Assembly: GCA_964035545.1 (NCBI GenBank)
Contig: OZ037765.1
Span: 9,992,698 to 10,056,697 of the forward strand
Direction: 5' to 3'
DNA: 64,000 nucleotides
Source: Bugula neritina
Taxonomy: Eukaryota; Animalia; Bryozoa
The stretch's first letter is position 1; every line of letters starts with the position of its first letter. Shown in pieces: positions 26,001 to 39,400 of this stretch. The notes below the pieces were generated by a model. It did no database searches. It was not told where the DNA came from and saw only the letters and a program-made list of their open reading frames with translations. The position numbers were made by a program, and so were the translations under genes.

Positions 26001-29000
26001 TCTTTCATCTAAAGTTTCTAACTAATCAATATTATTGTATTGCATAATATATACGTTTACTTACTCCCCAGTTCTGTTACTAATAATAGGCACAGCATGA
26101 GTGACCATAACTCCAAGTCCTCCAGTGTCCAGATAAGGGGAGGTCCACAAGCCGGCATCTGCCTTTGCATTCCCTGACAGGAAACTAAAGTAATTCTTCA
26201 TCTCAGAGATCAGGTTTTCTCCAGAATGCAACTTCTTCATGCTACCTCTGACAAGAGAGCACAAGTATTTGAACACAAACAGCTTAAGTATTTTATAGAT
26301 ACCAACAAATTTATCAGTTACAAGTAATTTATTTTTAAATTAAAAAAAGATAAAAAAACTAAATGAAAAATATTGTAATATTTTTCACTTAATTTTAAGA
26401 AACTTTTTCAGTACTATTCAGTATAAAATAGTAATAACACTAATAGTAGTTCCACACTACCTGTTGTCGCAGGCGAGCTTTCCAGGAAACTTTTCACCCT
26501 CATCTTTGGTGAGATAACTGAATATCCTGGCTCCGAGATTAGTGTTTCTTTGCTTTACGGTGTCCCAGGTTTTAGTCCAGTTATATTTGCAAACTGGTCC
26601 AGGTACATACCCGCTTCTTGTGTAATACCCTGCAAGTACAGATTAAGCATAATAACCCCAGCGCAAGACATCACCTGTTTAGCATTAATTAGTTGGACAA
26701 CCAGCCAGGCTACTGGCCAGGCTACTACCTGGACCACCAGCTAGCACCATTAGATAGTGGTACTAGCTGGTGGTCCAGCTATTAATAGCTTATTCAACAG
26801 TTCAAACAGCAAAAATCTTTACACAAGGTTGTGATCCACAAAAACACTCTCACACTGTAAGTTTTCTAGCAACTCCCTACATAAAGTAGTTCAGAAATTT
26901 CCATGATTAGTTAAATGACTATATCACTACTATACTTTCATCCTAAACACGATCTATACACCATTAGCGCAAGATCAATAACTAAACAATTACATATAAC
27001 TTATACTCATCTACTCTATAACTATATACTTTTACTTAGATGTACATACATCACAAAACTTACTCACAACCTAAAGAGTGTATACCTAGCCAGTGATTAT
27101 CATATTAACATACCAGGACCACAGCGTACACTTTCCCCATCAGTGTCTTTTCCATCAGTTATGAGGACTATAATTGACTGGCATCCAGTCCTTGAACTGC
27201 CTTGTAGCAGATTAAATGCTTTATCAAACCCTTCTCTATATCAAGTGAATACATGCATTAGTGTGTGGACAGCATGTGAGTATATCAGATCATCATGTGT
27301 GGACATATCGTTTTGAATAGAGCCCTTGTGATATAAAGTCTATTGAATCCTATACAGATTTAGATTCACTAACCACTCTAACCTATAGACATACTTATAA
27401 ATGTGGTCGTGTATTTCTGCGTGACAAGTAGAATATATCTGCAGCAATGACTGTCATATCTGCAGTTACATATTCTGTGTATGCTACGAGCTTCTAGCTG
27501 ACTCAAAAAATAGCATTATATTCATATAAATCAAACACATAAGCAGAATGTATGTACAGACATAAAATATGACAGAATTTTGATGGTAGAAACTTACTTC
27601 AATTCACTGGTGCCCATTGGTTCCAGGTTATAAATCTTTTCTATTAAATCTTTTCGATGAGCATTGGTTGCTGCCACCAACTTATCTTGCTGACAGCTGA
27701 GAACGGTTGTAGTGAAAAACTGCCACCTAAAAAAACACAATTATGATTACACTCAATAGATACAAATACTGGTTGTCACAGTTATGTCTTGTTTCTTGTG
27801 TTGGTCCTTATTTGTGCTCCTGCACAACACACAAAGCATTATACATAATTACATTTTATAAATATCCGTTTGAGCTATAATTTTAATTGCAAATAAGATT
27901 ACATAAGCATACAGAAATACATATTATAACTTGAACCCTTAGTCATCTCTAAAAGTAATTAAGGATTTGAGAACTTTGTAATCTGCATTGTTATTGTGTT
28001 TGTAGGAATTTGATTTGCATGTTGTCTGAGACTAGTAGCATTAAACTTAATTTTTAAAAAATGAACTATTGTCAAAAATTTTACATAAATTTTAAATAAT
28101 TGTTCAAGTGATAAGATCACTTTTCAAAAAATAATAGCAAAACAAATAGCAGAATCTAAGACATGTGCAAGTGTAATTGACTTACTTTCCAACCTCATCC
28201 CAGTGACTGTCCCTGGCACAGATTACGTTTACATAGTCCTGCTTTGTTAGTGTGTTTATTACAATCTTAGCCACAGCCTGAGCTATGACAAACTTGCCAT
28301 CATTGGCCATAGATAAACTGTAAAACAATATCACATTGCATGGTAACACTTACTCTCAAATACTCTTCACTTCGACTTTAGAATAGGTATTCTAATGTAT
28401 GCACATTGAGTATATACATCAGTCACATTTTACAGTTTACAATCATAGAAAGTTGTTGAATATTTAAAGAATATTTTAATATTTTAAAACATGTGTCAAG
28501 ATGAGTCCACGCTAGAGTGATTTCATAAGACAGTTTTTTTACATGTTGAAACCGACCACCACAAAATTAGAACCATGATTATATACACATTCAGATAATG
28601 GCAATGTTTATGGCATAAGCATCTTGGTTTTCTACAAAGTTTGGTATCCAAAAGGTATAGCAGAAAGCTTTTGTTCAACGCCTCTTAATTTTTAATAGAT
28701 AATTGCACAAATAAATACAGTTTGCAAACTGATTAGCCAATTGAAATGCACCACATGTTGCTGAGTATGTAAATAAAACATTACTAAATAAAACAATTGT
28801 GTTTTTCACAGAATCACAGTTGAGCATAGACTAACGTTTACAATGCTCAAGACCAGGGACAGCAACCCAGCACAAGTAATAGCTACTGTAGAATAATATA
28901 TATCAGTAGATGCTAATAGTATTCTAATTATGACCTGATAAGTTGTACCAAATGACAAACATAAATCATGCAAATCAACAAGCCACTATGTCATAATACT

Positions 29001-32000
29001 ATCTTTATATGTCTTAAGTTCTTAATTGAAACAGTTTTATCAAGTCAGCTTCATGACTACCTGCAGTCAAGTACAATGACAACGTCCTTAGGACCACTAG
29101 TGGCTGCAATATACCAGGGCCTCAGTCTAGGATCATAGTCATTGTAAAATCCAGCAAAATTTGTGTCCCATTCTCTGCCTGGGAACAGTCTAAAGACACC
29201 AGCAGTGGAGCCATAATATTGCCATCTGCAACAGAGAGACAGCAAGTAGAAGACAACTCCCATGTTTAAAATTTAAAAAATTGGCTTATGGACAGTTACA
29301 CAGTGTATGAAAATAAAGGTGGTTAGTACTTAATAATTCTAACCTACATGTTATATACACTATAAATTGGCATATAATATTAGACTTCCCAACACACATT
29401 GTTTGACAATGTACACAGTATAAAGTGTTAGCATCTAACTGAGTAAACAAATTAAACTGTGTAAACTAAACAGAACAAATAAAATAGGTTCTGTAAATCA
29501 CTACACATAATGCACTATAGCCAGAATGGATGTACAGTATAGACTATACTGTATAATATATATAGTATATACTGTATAACATATAGCATACTGTATAATA
29601 TATAGTATATACTGTATAACATATAGCATACTGTATAATATATAGTATAATGCTACTTCCAATGTATAATAAAGGTTACATGCAGCTTACGGCCTGCAGA
29701 CAGCAATAACATGCAGTCATATCTGCAGGGTGTTGATCCATTTCCAATCAACATCTTCTTTAGACTCTCCATATACATACACTAATGTTAGTTTAGAATG
29801 CGGGTTTCAAAAGCCACAAGCAAATTTTGCTACATTCTGGCATTACTCAAAACTGTAAAGAAGCTCATAATTGTGTTCAATGAGTGAACCTTATATGTCC
29901 TAAACTGACAATTATTAAAATTTTCAAAATGATTTATCCAAACGTAACAGCAAAAACCATAAACTGCAAGCAATGCTTTTAGAACATCAATTCTAATGAT
30001 ATATACTACAAAAAAATCAGGTTAAATACCAACTCAAGCTACAAAAATTGACATGAAAATTATCAAATATATAACACGCATATGCATAAATAAAATAATT
30101 TACTGAAATTAACCCAACTATATTGAGTTACATGAAAAAGTAAACTTTTCTAGCATTATTTATATTCTATTAGAAACAGTTATTTCTTCAAAAAGCAAAA
30201 TCACAAATACCAAACTTTACTGCATAATCAATACCGCTGACAACTTGATAGAAGAGGCCGTAAGAAGGAAAAAGTGGATGTGTACCTCATCGTCGAGTCA
30301 TGATCCAAATTATCATGAAACATGTCATTCAGTCCGGCAGAAAAGTTGACGGCATGTATCGTGTGAGGAATGTCTCTCGGCACTTCATCGGATATCTTCA
30401 CAGTTGACGTCCATCTTGTTACCTCTTGACGGAATTTACTGTAAAACATTTCACTTTATAAATGTTATAATAAAAAACAAGGCAACGGCTTGATAATGTA
30501 CTATCTAAGTTTATATCTCACAAACTACTTGTTTGCATACAAATTTCTTTTTGAAAATTTAAAAATAAACGTTTAATTAATATTCTGTTTCATTTATTAG
30601 CTATGAGGCTTCAAAATACTCCAAGTTTTTACTTCATTCAACAACTTAAGTATGTCTTGCAAAAGTAGTAACTGAAATTTGGAGGAAAATTGTAAACTAA
30701 AACACTTTTACTTCGCCCTCAAATCACTCAGGTTTAAATCCAGCCCACTGTGACTAACACACTGTGACTAACACACTGTGACTAACACACTGTGACTAAC
30801 ACACTGTGACTAACACACTGTGACTAACACACTGTGACTAACACACTGTGACTAACACACTGTGACTAACACACTGTGACTAACACACTGTGACTAACAC
30901 ACTGTGACTAACACACTGTGACTAACACACTGTGACTAACACACTGTGACTAACACACTGTGACTAACACACTGTGACTAACACACTGTGACTAACACAC
31001 TGTGACTAACACACTGTGACTCAAATACTGCAACTAACATACAGTAATTAAAATAGTGTAACTCAAATACTGTTACTAGCATACTCCAGACTAAAACGCA
31101 ATTAAATACTGTCTGGATAAATTCTCTACGTGAAGCAATTATAAACACTATAGACCCTCAATATGAAAGTAATTTAGTTGAAGCTAAAACACACAGTTAC
31201 TACTAATGTGTTGTTTGTATAGCTATGTGGAAAGAAGTATGAATTACACAGTAAAATACTCATATAATAAAAAATAATCAATACATTTAATACTTTTATA
31301 ATAATCTATCCACAGCATTGATTTGGTGGTGCATGAGTAGAATATACTGTACATTACATAGGTACAATTACTGCAGTGTATGGAGGCAAAGATAATAAAT
31401 AATATTAATGTTAACGAGAAACAGCAATATGTCACTTTTAAATGATAAATTAGACACTTCATAGCCTTTATTTAAACTATCTTTTGCTAAAACTGATGAA
31501 TAATTTTCACAAATATTTCGACCAATACTGTGCTCATCCGTAGAGCAAAAATGGTTATAGATATTTATATATATTATATATAGTTATATAAGTTTTAACA
31601 TAACTTATTATATACAATCTAAAATTTCCAGTTTGCTTTTCATCATTAGACTACATGCCAAAACATTTTCTATATAATATTTCCCTCAAACACTTCAATT
31701 TGTAAATTAACTTTTGTTCAAAACAACTTTCAATAACAACACAACACTAAAAAGCATGACAATGCCAAAAAAATGATTTACTATACAGTAAATACTCACG
31801 AATCAAATTTAAAAGTACTCTTGTTCAAAGTAGTTAGGACGTCACTATCTTTGTACACAGAGCCGTTGAGTTGTGCTAGTCGAAAATTGGAAGGAACGGA
31901 AATATTGTTATACAGGAAGTTGTCATATAAAACTCGAACTTTGGTGGCTAGTTTTTCAGCAGCGGCTTTTTTCCTAGCAAAATAACCACTGAGTTCATTT

Positions 32001-32453
32001 CGAACTTCATGCACGATTCCTGTGCCATTTTTCTTTTCATAAGTATAGTTGGCTGTGTCCAATAGCGACTGCGTTACATCCCTTTTAATGCCATCACTTG
32101 CTAGCTACAAATATTTTATTGCAATAGTGCAAGACATGCTATAATATGAAAGTATTAAACTTGTGTAACTGAGTTTTTCAATTTCGTTATTTCAAGATGA
32201 ATATTTAAATCAAGAAATCTGTTACTTGGCTCTATTTATAAGTAAACATAAAAAACAGATTACTTTAAAAATAGCCTTTTACCTGCGAGATGTAATTTTG
32301 TATCATACTGGCCCAATTTTGTACATCTCCAGCAAGTGAGCCTGTAGAAGATTCGGGCTGATATGAAGGAGAATAGTAGTTAAAGCTATCTACTAGATGT
32401 ACTAAACTGATGAAAGCAATGAGGTACATCCTCGCCATCTTTAGGAATGTCAT
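20017..32453 (-). CDS. VWA and Cache domain-containing protein (CACHD1 / calcium-channel alpha2delta-like), ~19 exons, ~1100 aa
   Basis: Signal peptide (MARMYLIAFISLVHLVDS); WQYYGSTAGVFRLFPG...YDPRLRPWYIAATSGPKDVVIVLDCSLS; IIVLITDGKD; WTSPYLDTGGLGVMVT; GVIGVD; YSFLINKEGETIFHPLM; second Cache WTYVGLRSGVFRTYPG...YDPTARPWY...PYMDAAGVGKIIT; hydrophobic C-terminus ending at the stop at 20017. Confidence 0.9.
20428..20539. repeat. Perfect 45-bp inverted repeat with 22-nt spacer
   Basis: 20428-20472 (ttcaaaacttacataatctcagcataaacataaataaacaatatg) is the exact reverse complement of 20495-20539. Confidence 0.9.
20561..20643. repeat. 10-bp minisatellite (TGTCAAnnnA-type), ~8 copies
   Basis: tgtcaatcga x2, tgtcaaatga x2, tgtcaaccaa, tgtcaaatag, tgtctaatga, tgtcaaccaa. 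Confidence 0.85.
26729..26778. repeat. GC-rich 22-bp-arm hairpin in an intron
   Basis: ctggaccaccagctagcaccat / tagata loop / gtggtactagctggtggtccag; 20 of 22 positions are Watson-Crick complementary. Confidence 0.8.
29545..29650. repeat. AT-rich ~20-22-bp tandem repeat (atactgtataa...atatag), ~5 copies
   Basis: Repeated atactgtataa(t/c)atatag(t/c) units in alternating variants. Confidence 0.75.
30747..31021. repeat. Perfect 14-bp minisatellite (TGACTAACACACTG)n, ~19.5 copies
   Basis: Uninterrupted 14-bp periodicity followed by degenerate copies to ~31100. Confidence 0.95.
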
Positions 32454-32763
32454 TCATAAGAGCCCACCTAAGATTAAATTAGCAACGACTGCAGTTACCA
32501 TCAGTGTTTGAATAACAATTTGTTTAAATTAATGTGTCAGTTCCAAAAGTGTTCATGTATCAGTGATGCAAACTTCAAATACAGCAAATGAAGTAACGTA
32601 CATGTGCAATATACATAACTATTTACATGTACAAGTTGAGTTAGTAACTCAAGCATAAATGAAATATACACTTTTCTTAAAAAAAAACCCAACACAATAA
32701 TTATCTATAAATTTTTTTATATGCTTGCAATTAATTCTGTTCATTCAAATTGATTATTATAAT

Positions 32764-34070
32764 TTATATATTATTTGAAGATGTATTTAGATCTTCCAAA
32801 GCATTCAGATAATTTTTATATATGATAGAGTTTAATTTCTGCTTAGCAGAAACTTGCAACATAAAACCATTTTCTTTACTAAAACTGATGGTGCAATCAG
32901 AGCATTTACAAAAAAAGGTGGAGATAGAATTTCCATGAAAAATTCCCTGCTTGATGTCTACTTTCCCAAACTTTTCACCAAGGTATTCCAGCTCAGTCTT
33001 CCCAGACTTTATGCTTTTTCTCATCAATGTGATTGCATTGCTTATCATCACAGTTAATTTCATTACCTCGTAGATCCAGGAGTGTGGTAGCATGCCGTAT
33101 GCTTTCTAATAATCTATCCAACACATTGCTAGGTTAGTACTTCTCTCGTTTAAGTCCCAAATTCTTACCTTGTCAAGCATGAGAAGATTTTTTGTGCTCC
33201 TTGACTCCATGATTTACATCTTTTTTGTTTTTATGCTTTTTTAAAAGAAAACATCATGATTTAAGAGAGGATCATACAGCTCGTCAGCTTATATACTTGT
33301 CAATGTTTCCCACGCATGGTGAACGCGGCATAGGCCAATAATTTACACTCCCTTTAGCTAGGTTTTTCATACTCAATGCTGTTCTTTCTAATGCCATTCA
33401 TTTAGAAACACTAATTCCTCTGCTAAACATTTCTGCAGGTAATTACCTTTAGAATATGCAAACTTGTTAAATGCCTAATCTAGAATCCTTGAATTCCACC
33501 CTAGCCAGGTGGTTTCTAGTTGGGTATTTTGCTTACCATCTTCTTTTCATCATACTTGAGTTCTCTTGTTTTTATATATGCTCCAACTTGTTATTCACTA
33601 TATTTAGCCACTCTGCATTGGTGTTATGTGTTATGTTATGCTTAGTTTGCTGACTCCATATTTTTGCCATAACACTTTCTACTCTTTCTTGTCTAATCCC
33701 TTTTCAGATGTACTGTTTCTATTTTCCTGAAGTCTCAATAGAAGTGCTCATAAACATTTTAGTCTGATCATAGTCATTCACCTTTTCGGTATATCTCTTT
33801 ATCTTCTGGCTTACAGCACTCAGACTATACTTAAGTTCTTTAATTACCACATGTAATTTATCCTAAAAAGTTTCTTTCAGTGACTTATTATAATATCTTC
33901 TTCTGCACTTTATTACTTTATTCAAGTCTAATCCAATATCTCACAGGTTCTTCTAGAGCCGTGTTTGCCATGCTAGTAGGATACTGTTATATCGCAATTT
34001 TTGCATAGGCCAAGATGATGTCATTCAGCTCTGTAACATCACTGATTTCCAAAAACTCTACTATAACTAT
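32764..34070 (-). mobile_element. Decayed non-LTR retrotransposon (R4/Dong/Rex6-like) RT fragment
   Basis: Minus-strand translation with stops and frameshifts gives AWQTRL* (cf. PWKRRLE), KIPN*KPPG*GGIQGF*I (cf. MPNWKAPGPDGIQGFWLK), NYWPM (cf. NYRPI), LAMCWIDY*KAYGMLPHSWI (cf. WIDYKKAYDSVPHSWI) and VDIKQGIFHGNSIS (cf. IRRGIFQGDSLSP). Confidence 0.8.
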
Positions 34071-35094
34071 TAGTATCCAAATTTTCATAATAAAATACAC
34101 TAAGTTAGGGTTATCATCATTCTAAAACTAAATCACTTTTTAGAACGAGAATCAACATAAACAAACTCAGGACAAACGGGAAAGTGCTATGGAAAATGAA
34201 AGTAAGAGTCCTAACTTGCTATTAGTATTTAAACCTCGACTATCACTATCACTATGCAGTATGTTTCGCCTTACTCCTTAGCCTTAGGCTTTATCATAAC
34301 TATAATATTAATTACAATTAAAATTAATAACAACCCAATATTTACAAGATCATCATTATATTCATAATTATAACGATTATGATTATAATTATTTTTAAGT
34401 TAAACATTCACATTACACTTTACGGTTGGCTTTTTTAGTTTTTATTCGTTTTACTTTTAGTTTTATCATACTGATACTTTTTTAAACATTCATAGAAATT
34501 AAAAGATAGCTATTTCAAAAATTAGCAGCATAAGTATAGGCAACATGTCACAATTTTATATGTATAATAAAGTTACATCAATATTCTACGTGATTACCAT
34601 AATATCATTATCAATATGACTATCACACAATACACATCAGTATGAAGTCACCAATCGTAATACAAGTAAAGGATCAGAGAAAAATCAATTTGTTCTGAGT
34701 ATAAGACTGAAGCCAGTTCTAAAAATCAAAGATTGAAGTGAGTGAGTATCTAATATGTCTGCGGCAATTATTTCTTGGACTATTAAACTCATTTAATAGC
34801 TCGCGCGCTTTGCTTCTAATTAGTTTACTAAAATATTTTTGTCCAATACATTTGGGCGTAAATATTTGCCCAATCACTTGGTGAGTAACTTTGAATGTAA
34901 ATAAAACTCATTTCCTGTGGAGTGGTTTACTTGAGAGAGGGATGTTTATGTTACTCATACTGAATGCAATCCCTTGTAGCTGTTTTTTCTTAATAATTTT
35001 AACTACATAATATTATCATAAATAGTGATTATTATCATATTTTTAGAAGTACTAATAGTACTTGGTTTTCAGTATCAATATGGATAATAAAATG

Positions 35095-35640
35095 AAAATA
35101 TGATAGTGAATTAAAGTCAGTGATACTCATAGTCATACTCATAGTCATACTGATAGTGATAGTGATACTCGTACTGATAGTGATACTGATAGTGTTAGTG
35201 ATAGTCAAAGTCAAACTCATAGTCATACTGATATGACTGTGAGAGTTTTTGATAGAGTCGGACTCTCACTCTCAGAGTGAGTGATAGTCATAGTTCAAGT
35301 TGTACCCATTCTGATTCTGTACTCATGCTCACACTGATGGTGATACTGATATTCCATACTGATACTGATAGACATACTCATACTATTAATATTACTGGTA
35401 GTTATGGTTTATAATTATTGGTTATACTTATAGTTAAAGTTATAGTTATACTAATACTTTATACTTACTAAAAGTCTTACTCATAAAACTAAGTCATACA
35501 CCTACGGCTACAGTTATACTTATACTCATATTGATATTCGTTGTCATAATGATACTTTTACTGACTAAGTTACTCACTAAGAAAAGTCTATATCTCAGTC
35601 TTACTCAATCTCATAGTCATAGTGATGGTTCAACTAAGTC
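35095..35640. repeat. Low-complexity 6-bp-periodic tract (tcatag/tcatac/tgatag/tgatac)
   Basis: Visible hexamer periodicity, which produces the spurious T/I/S/M ORF at 35035-35226. Confidence 0.75.
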
Positions 35641-36446
35641 TAATAGCAATAGTAAGTCTAATATTTAGTCAATGAATAAGTGACTAATAAAATAGTTATT
35701 GTGATTATCATACTGGTAGTTTAAAATTAAGTCACAGTCCTATTAATGCATATACTTATAGATGATGAAGTACTTATATTTATGGCCTATGGAAAGAGTT
35801 ACTACATTATTCAATGTTTACTCATTTGCTATAAGTATAAGTGTTCATTTTAAATACATATTTTTATTGCATACTGCAAGGACTAGTACGATCATTATTA
35901 AGAAATTTACATTTTCAATAATAATCAGTTTTAGTATGGTGAGTTAAATGCAATGGTAATGTAAGTCGTTGTAAGCTGCTATCATTAAAATATTAAAAAC
36001 ATAAAAAACTGAAAGATCAATTTTGTTATAAGTATTGATATTATTTAAACTTTATTTAATATCAGTATAAAATATAAATATAAGAAGAATGGTATTGTTT
36101 TTATATACCAAATTTATTGTTGGTATAATTATTTTTAATTTATAAGGTTACAACAAAAGTTACAAATCTAGGTAAAAAAAAGTACATGTATAGTATAAGG
36201 TGTCTCTCTAACATTGTAAAGAAATTCAAAGTAACAAGTTGTCAACTAGATTTACATGTGTTAACAACATAAATAATTTCATAATGTTTAGTACTCAGAC
36301 TTATATTTTTAGACTTTCCACAGAGTCACAATACAAAGCAATATCTGCTGATTACAACAATCACTTTTACCACTTAGTCATTGAAGTCTCTATGTGAACT
36401 TTAAGTGGTCGGAAGTTAGAAATAAAGCAGTCACATAACAATAACA

Positions 36447-39400
36447 ATGCCCCTGTTTAGTAAGAAAAAGGGTGATCAAAAAAGCGAAAAGCACAAACAC
36501 ACAACTTCAAATAATGGAAGCAGTTCCTCCTTTGGAAAAAGTAAGCCATCCTTTCCATCACCTGGCAATCCGGGAGCTGCAGGCACAACGGATCACTTCG
36601 GAGAATATACTCCTGCTGATGAAATGGCTCAAACTAAACCCAAGTTAATATTTCATTGTCAGCAAGCCCACGGTAGTCCAACTGCTAGTATTTCAGGATT
36701 TAGCAATGTTAAGGAGTTGTATGGAGCTATAGCTGAAGCATTCCAAATGGAGCCTACAGAGGTAAGGAATTATTATCTGATCCAGCTTCTAACTGTAGTG
36801 TATTTTATTGCTGTGCATTATGAGGGCTCATGGTATTTGAAGCAAAATATTGTTTTACTGTAGGTTACATGAACTTTTTAGAAATTATATGTTTTTATTA
36901 TAAAATTGCTATTACTTATTAAAATAATTTAGTATTTTAAATCTTTAAGTGAAATTTTCTATTGTTTTGTTGGTTTAGATTCTGTTCTGTACACTAAATA
37001 CTCACAAAGTTGACATGAATCGACTGCTAGGCGGACAAATAGGATTGGACGATTTTATATTTGCTCATGTCCGGGGGAGACCCAAAGAGGTTGAGGTTTC
37101 TAAAGAGGAAGACGCTTTAGGGCTGACCATCACTGACAATGGTGCAGGTTTTGCATTCATCAAACGTATCAAAGAGGGAAGTATCATGAGTCGCATAGAG
37201 GGAATATATGTTGGAGATCACATAGAAAAAATAAACGGAGTTAGCACAGTCGGAATGCGCCATTTTGAAGTAGCTAAAATGCTGAAAGACCTTCCCAAAG
37301 ATGCCTCATTTCTTCTACGAGTTGTGGAGCCAATCAAATCTGGATTTGGTAAGTTCTTCTTTTGAAGTTGTCCTACTTCTCTAGAGCCACTACTATTAGC
37401 ATATTGCATTATGGGGTACCAGTAGTCAACCAGAGTTATACAAAGTACCAACATTAGAGGGTGGAAAAATTGGAACTAAAATATCTACATTCCTGAAATT
37501 TCCAAAGGTATTATCTCGCCCCCATGCATGCTATCATCCGGCAGCCTAATACAAGTAGCAACTGGTAGTTGCTCTAGGTTAGGAATAGCTATCAGGCTAC
37601 CCAGTGTGGTAGGCTTCTACATTTCTGGTCACTAGCCAACTGTCTATGTATAAATTACTTGATAACTATTAGAGCTTTTGGTGAATACTGGGAAAAACGT
37701 TTAATGTTCTCTAATTTTAATACATGATTAGAAAATGTTGTGAGATTAAATTCACGGTAACTGTTTTTGCAAGCATGATTGTCTTTGTATAATAACATTA
37801 TCCAAGTGTATTTATCGAAATTTTCCAAAGACATAGTAAATCTATGTCTAAATTTACTAGATGGCAGTATCTATCTTGCTTTTTGTGGATGAGCTTATAT
37901 GTGGTGTAAGTGATACTGTATAATCTGTCTAAACAGTATATAAAAACTCTACAGCAAGCAGATATTCCCAGTAAGAGAGGACTATTTCTTATTCGGAGTC
38001 GGTCTAGCACTGAATTCTTGCAGAGTACTGCTAACACATGTAATTAGTAACAATATATTATAGTTGAAGGGAACAGTATACGGTGTTTACAGTGGAATAT
38101 GCTAGAGCAGCTACCACCATGCTGTAACCTGAGTCATTCATCACATTACACAACCCTACCCTGTAGTTATAATCATTAGAGCATAGAGCTTATAACCTGT
38201 ACAGAGTGGCTAATGTTATCAGATAAACACAGTTGTCACGAGACAGTGGCTAGCACCTTTACATATATAGAGAGAGAAATACCTGCATGATAAAGATATA
38301 TATGTGTGGGCTAATATTAAATACGAGGCTTGACTAATCCTTTATCAAAAACCCATAAGTCTTTATCACCTGTAAATCAAGTCCATTTGGTCTACATAGG
38401 GCACATGCATACGTCAAGCTACATTACACAGTGAAGTCAAATTCACCCACCTTCACACAGGTGCTATGCTCTACACAGGGAACCACTGTGCTGTAGTAGC
38501 TTATCTGTTCGTTTAGGACTTAGATGCAGTAATGGAGAAATTTCAATATTTTAAGTTCATTAATTTTTTTCATAGGTATTGGTTTTAGGCAGGATTGAAA
38601 TTCTTTCGAAAACCTGGCTTCCTTTGCCACATTTTTAGCTGGAACACATGCTTTTCCCAATTTCTCTTGCTGCACCTTCTTCCATCTATTGCAATTGAAT
38701 AAATGTACATCTCTATTGAATAATATAGCATGAATAGGTAGAAATTGGTTACAGAGGCCCATCACAGCAACTAGATATTTTAGAGCATGCATATGTTGAA
38801 ATGGATATTGGGTGGTTCCTTATATATCTTGTAAAATGTAACATGTTCTACCAGGCTACTTTTTATGTGTCACACAAATTATTTTATGCACATCTTCCTA
38901 TTCTTATATTTGGCTAGTTTTATTAAGTATTATATTGTTTATAATACTCATTATACATATGCTGTTTGTCTTTTAATTGTGCACATAGGCCTATCTGTAT
39001 TTATACATGTGCTGCTACATGGTCATATTCACACGTAGTAGGCAGTGCTATATACGTATGTACATCATCAATTCTCAGTATTAGTTTGAAAATGACATTT
39101 TAATTTTCAACTTCTAGCCAACATCGGTAAACCAGGACAAGGAAAGGCGAAGGGTGGTGCCATATCTAATGGCAAGGCAACATTACGCCTTAATTCTAAA
39201 GGTCCAGCCTCCGTAGAAGTGGTAAGTCCGTACCATATATATACTGTAACTATGCAGTAGTTTTACTATAAACTTTAATGTTTTGCATCTTCCACTATGA
39301 GGCTAGAATCAGTGCTTGACATATACAATTTCTAGTATAAATATACTCTATCACTACTTTATACTCTAAAAGTGATGAATATATTATTAACATTGATGAA

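Noticed and set aside
30747-31021. Possible telomeric or CRISPR-like array
   Set aside because: It is a perfect 14-bp intronic minisatellite with no spacers and no telomere motif.
35035-35226. Thr/Ile/Ser/Met-rich ORF
   Set aside because: This is a by-product of the hexamer low-complexity tract.
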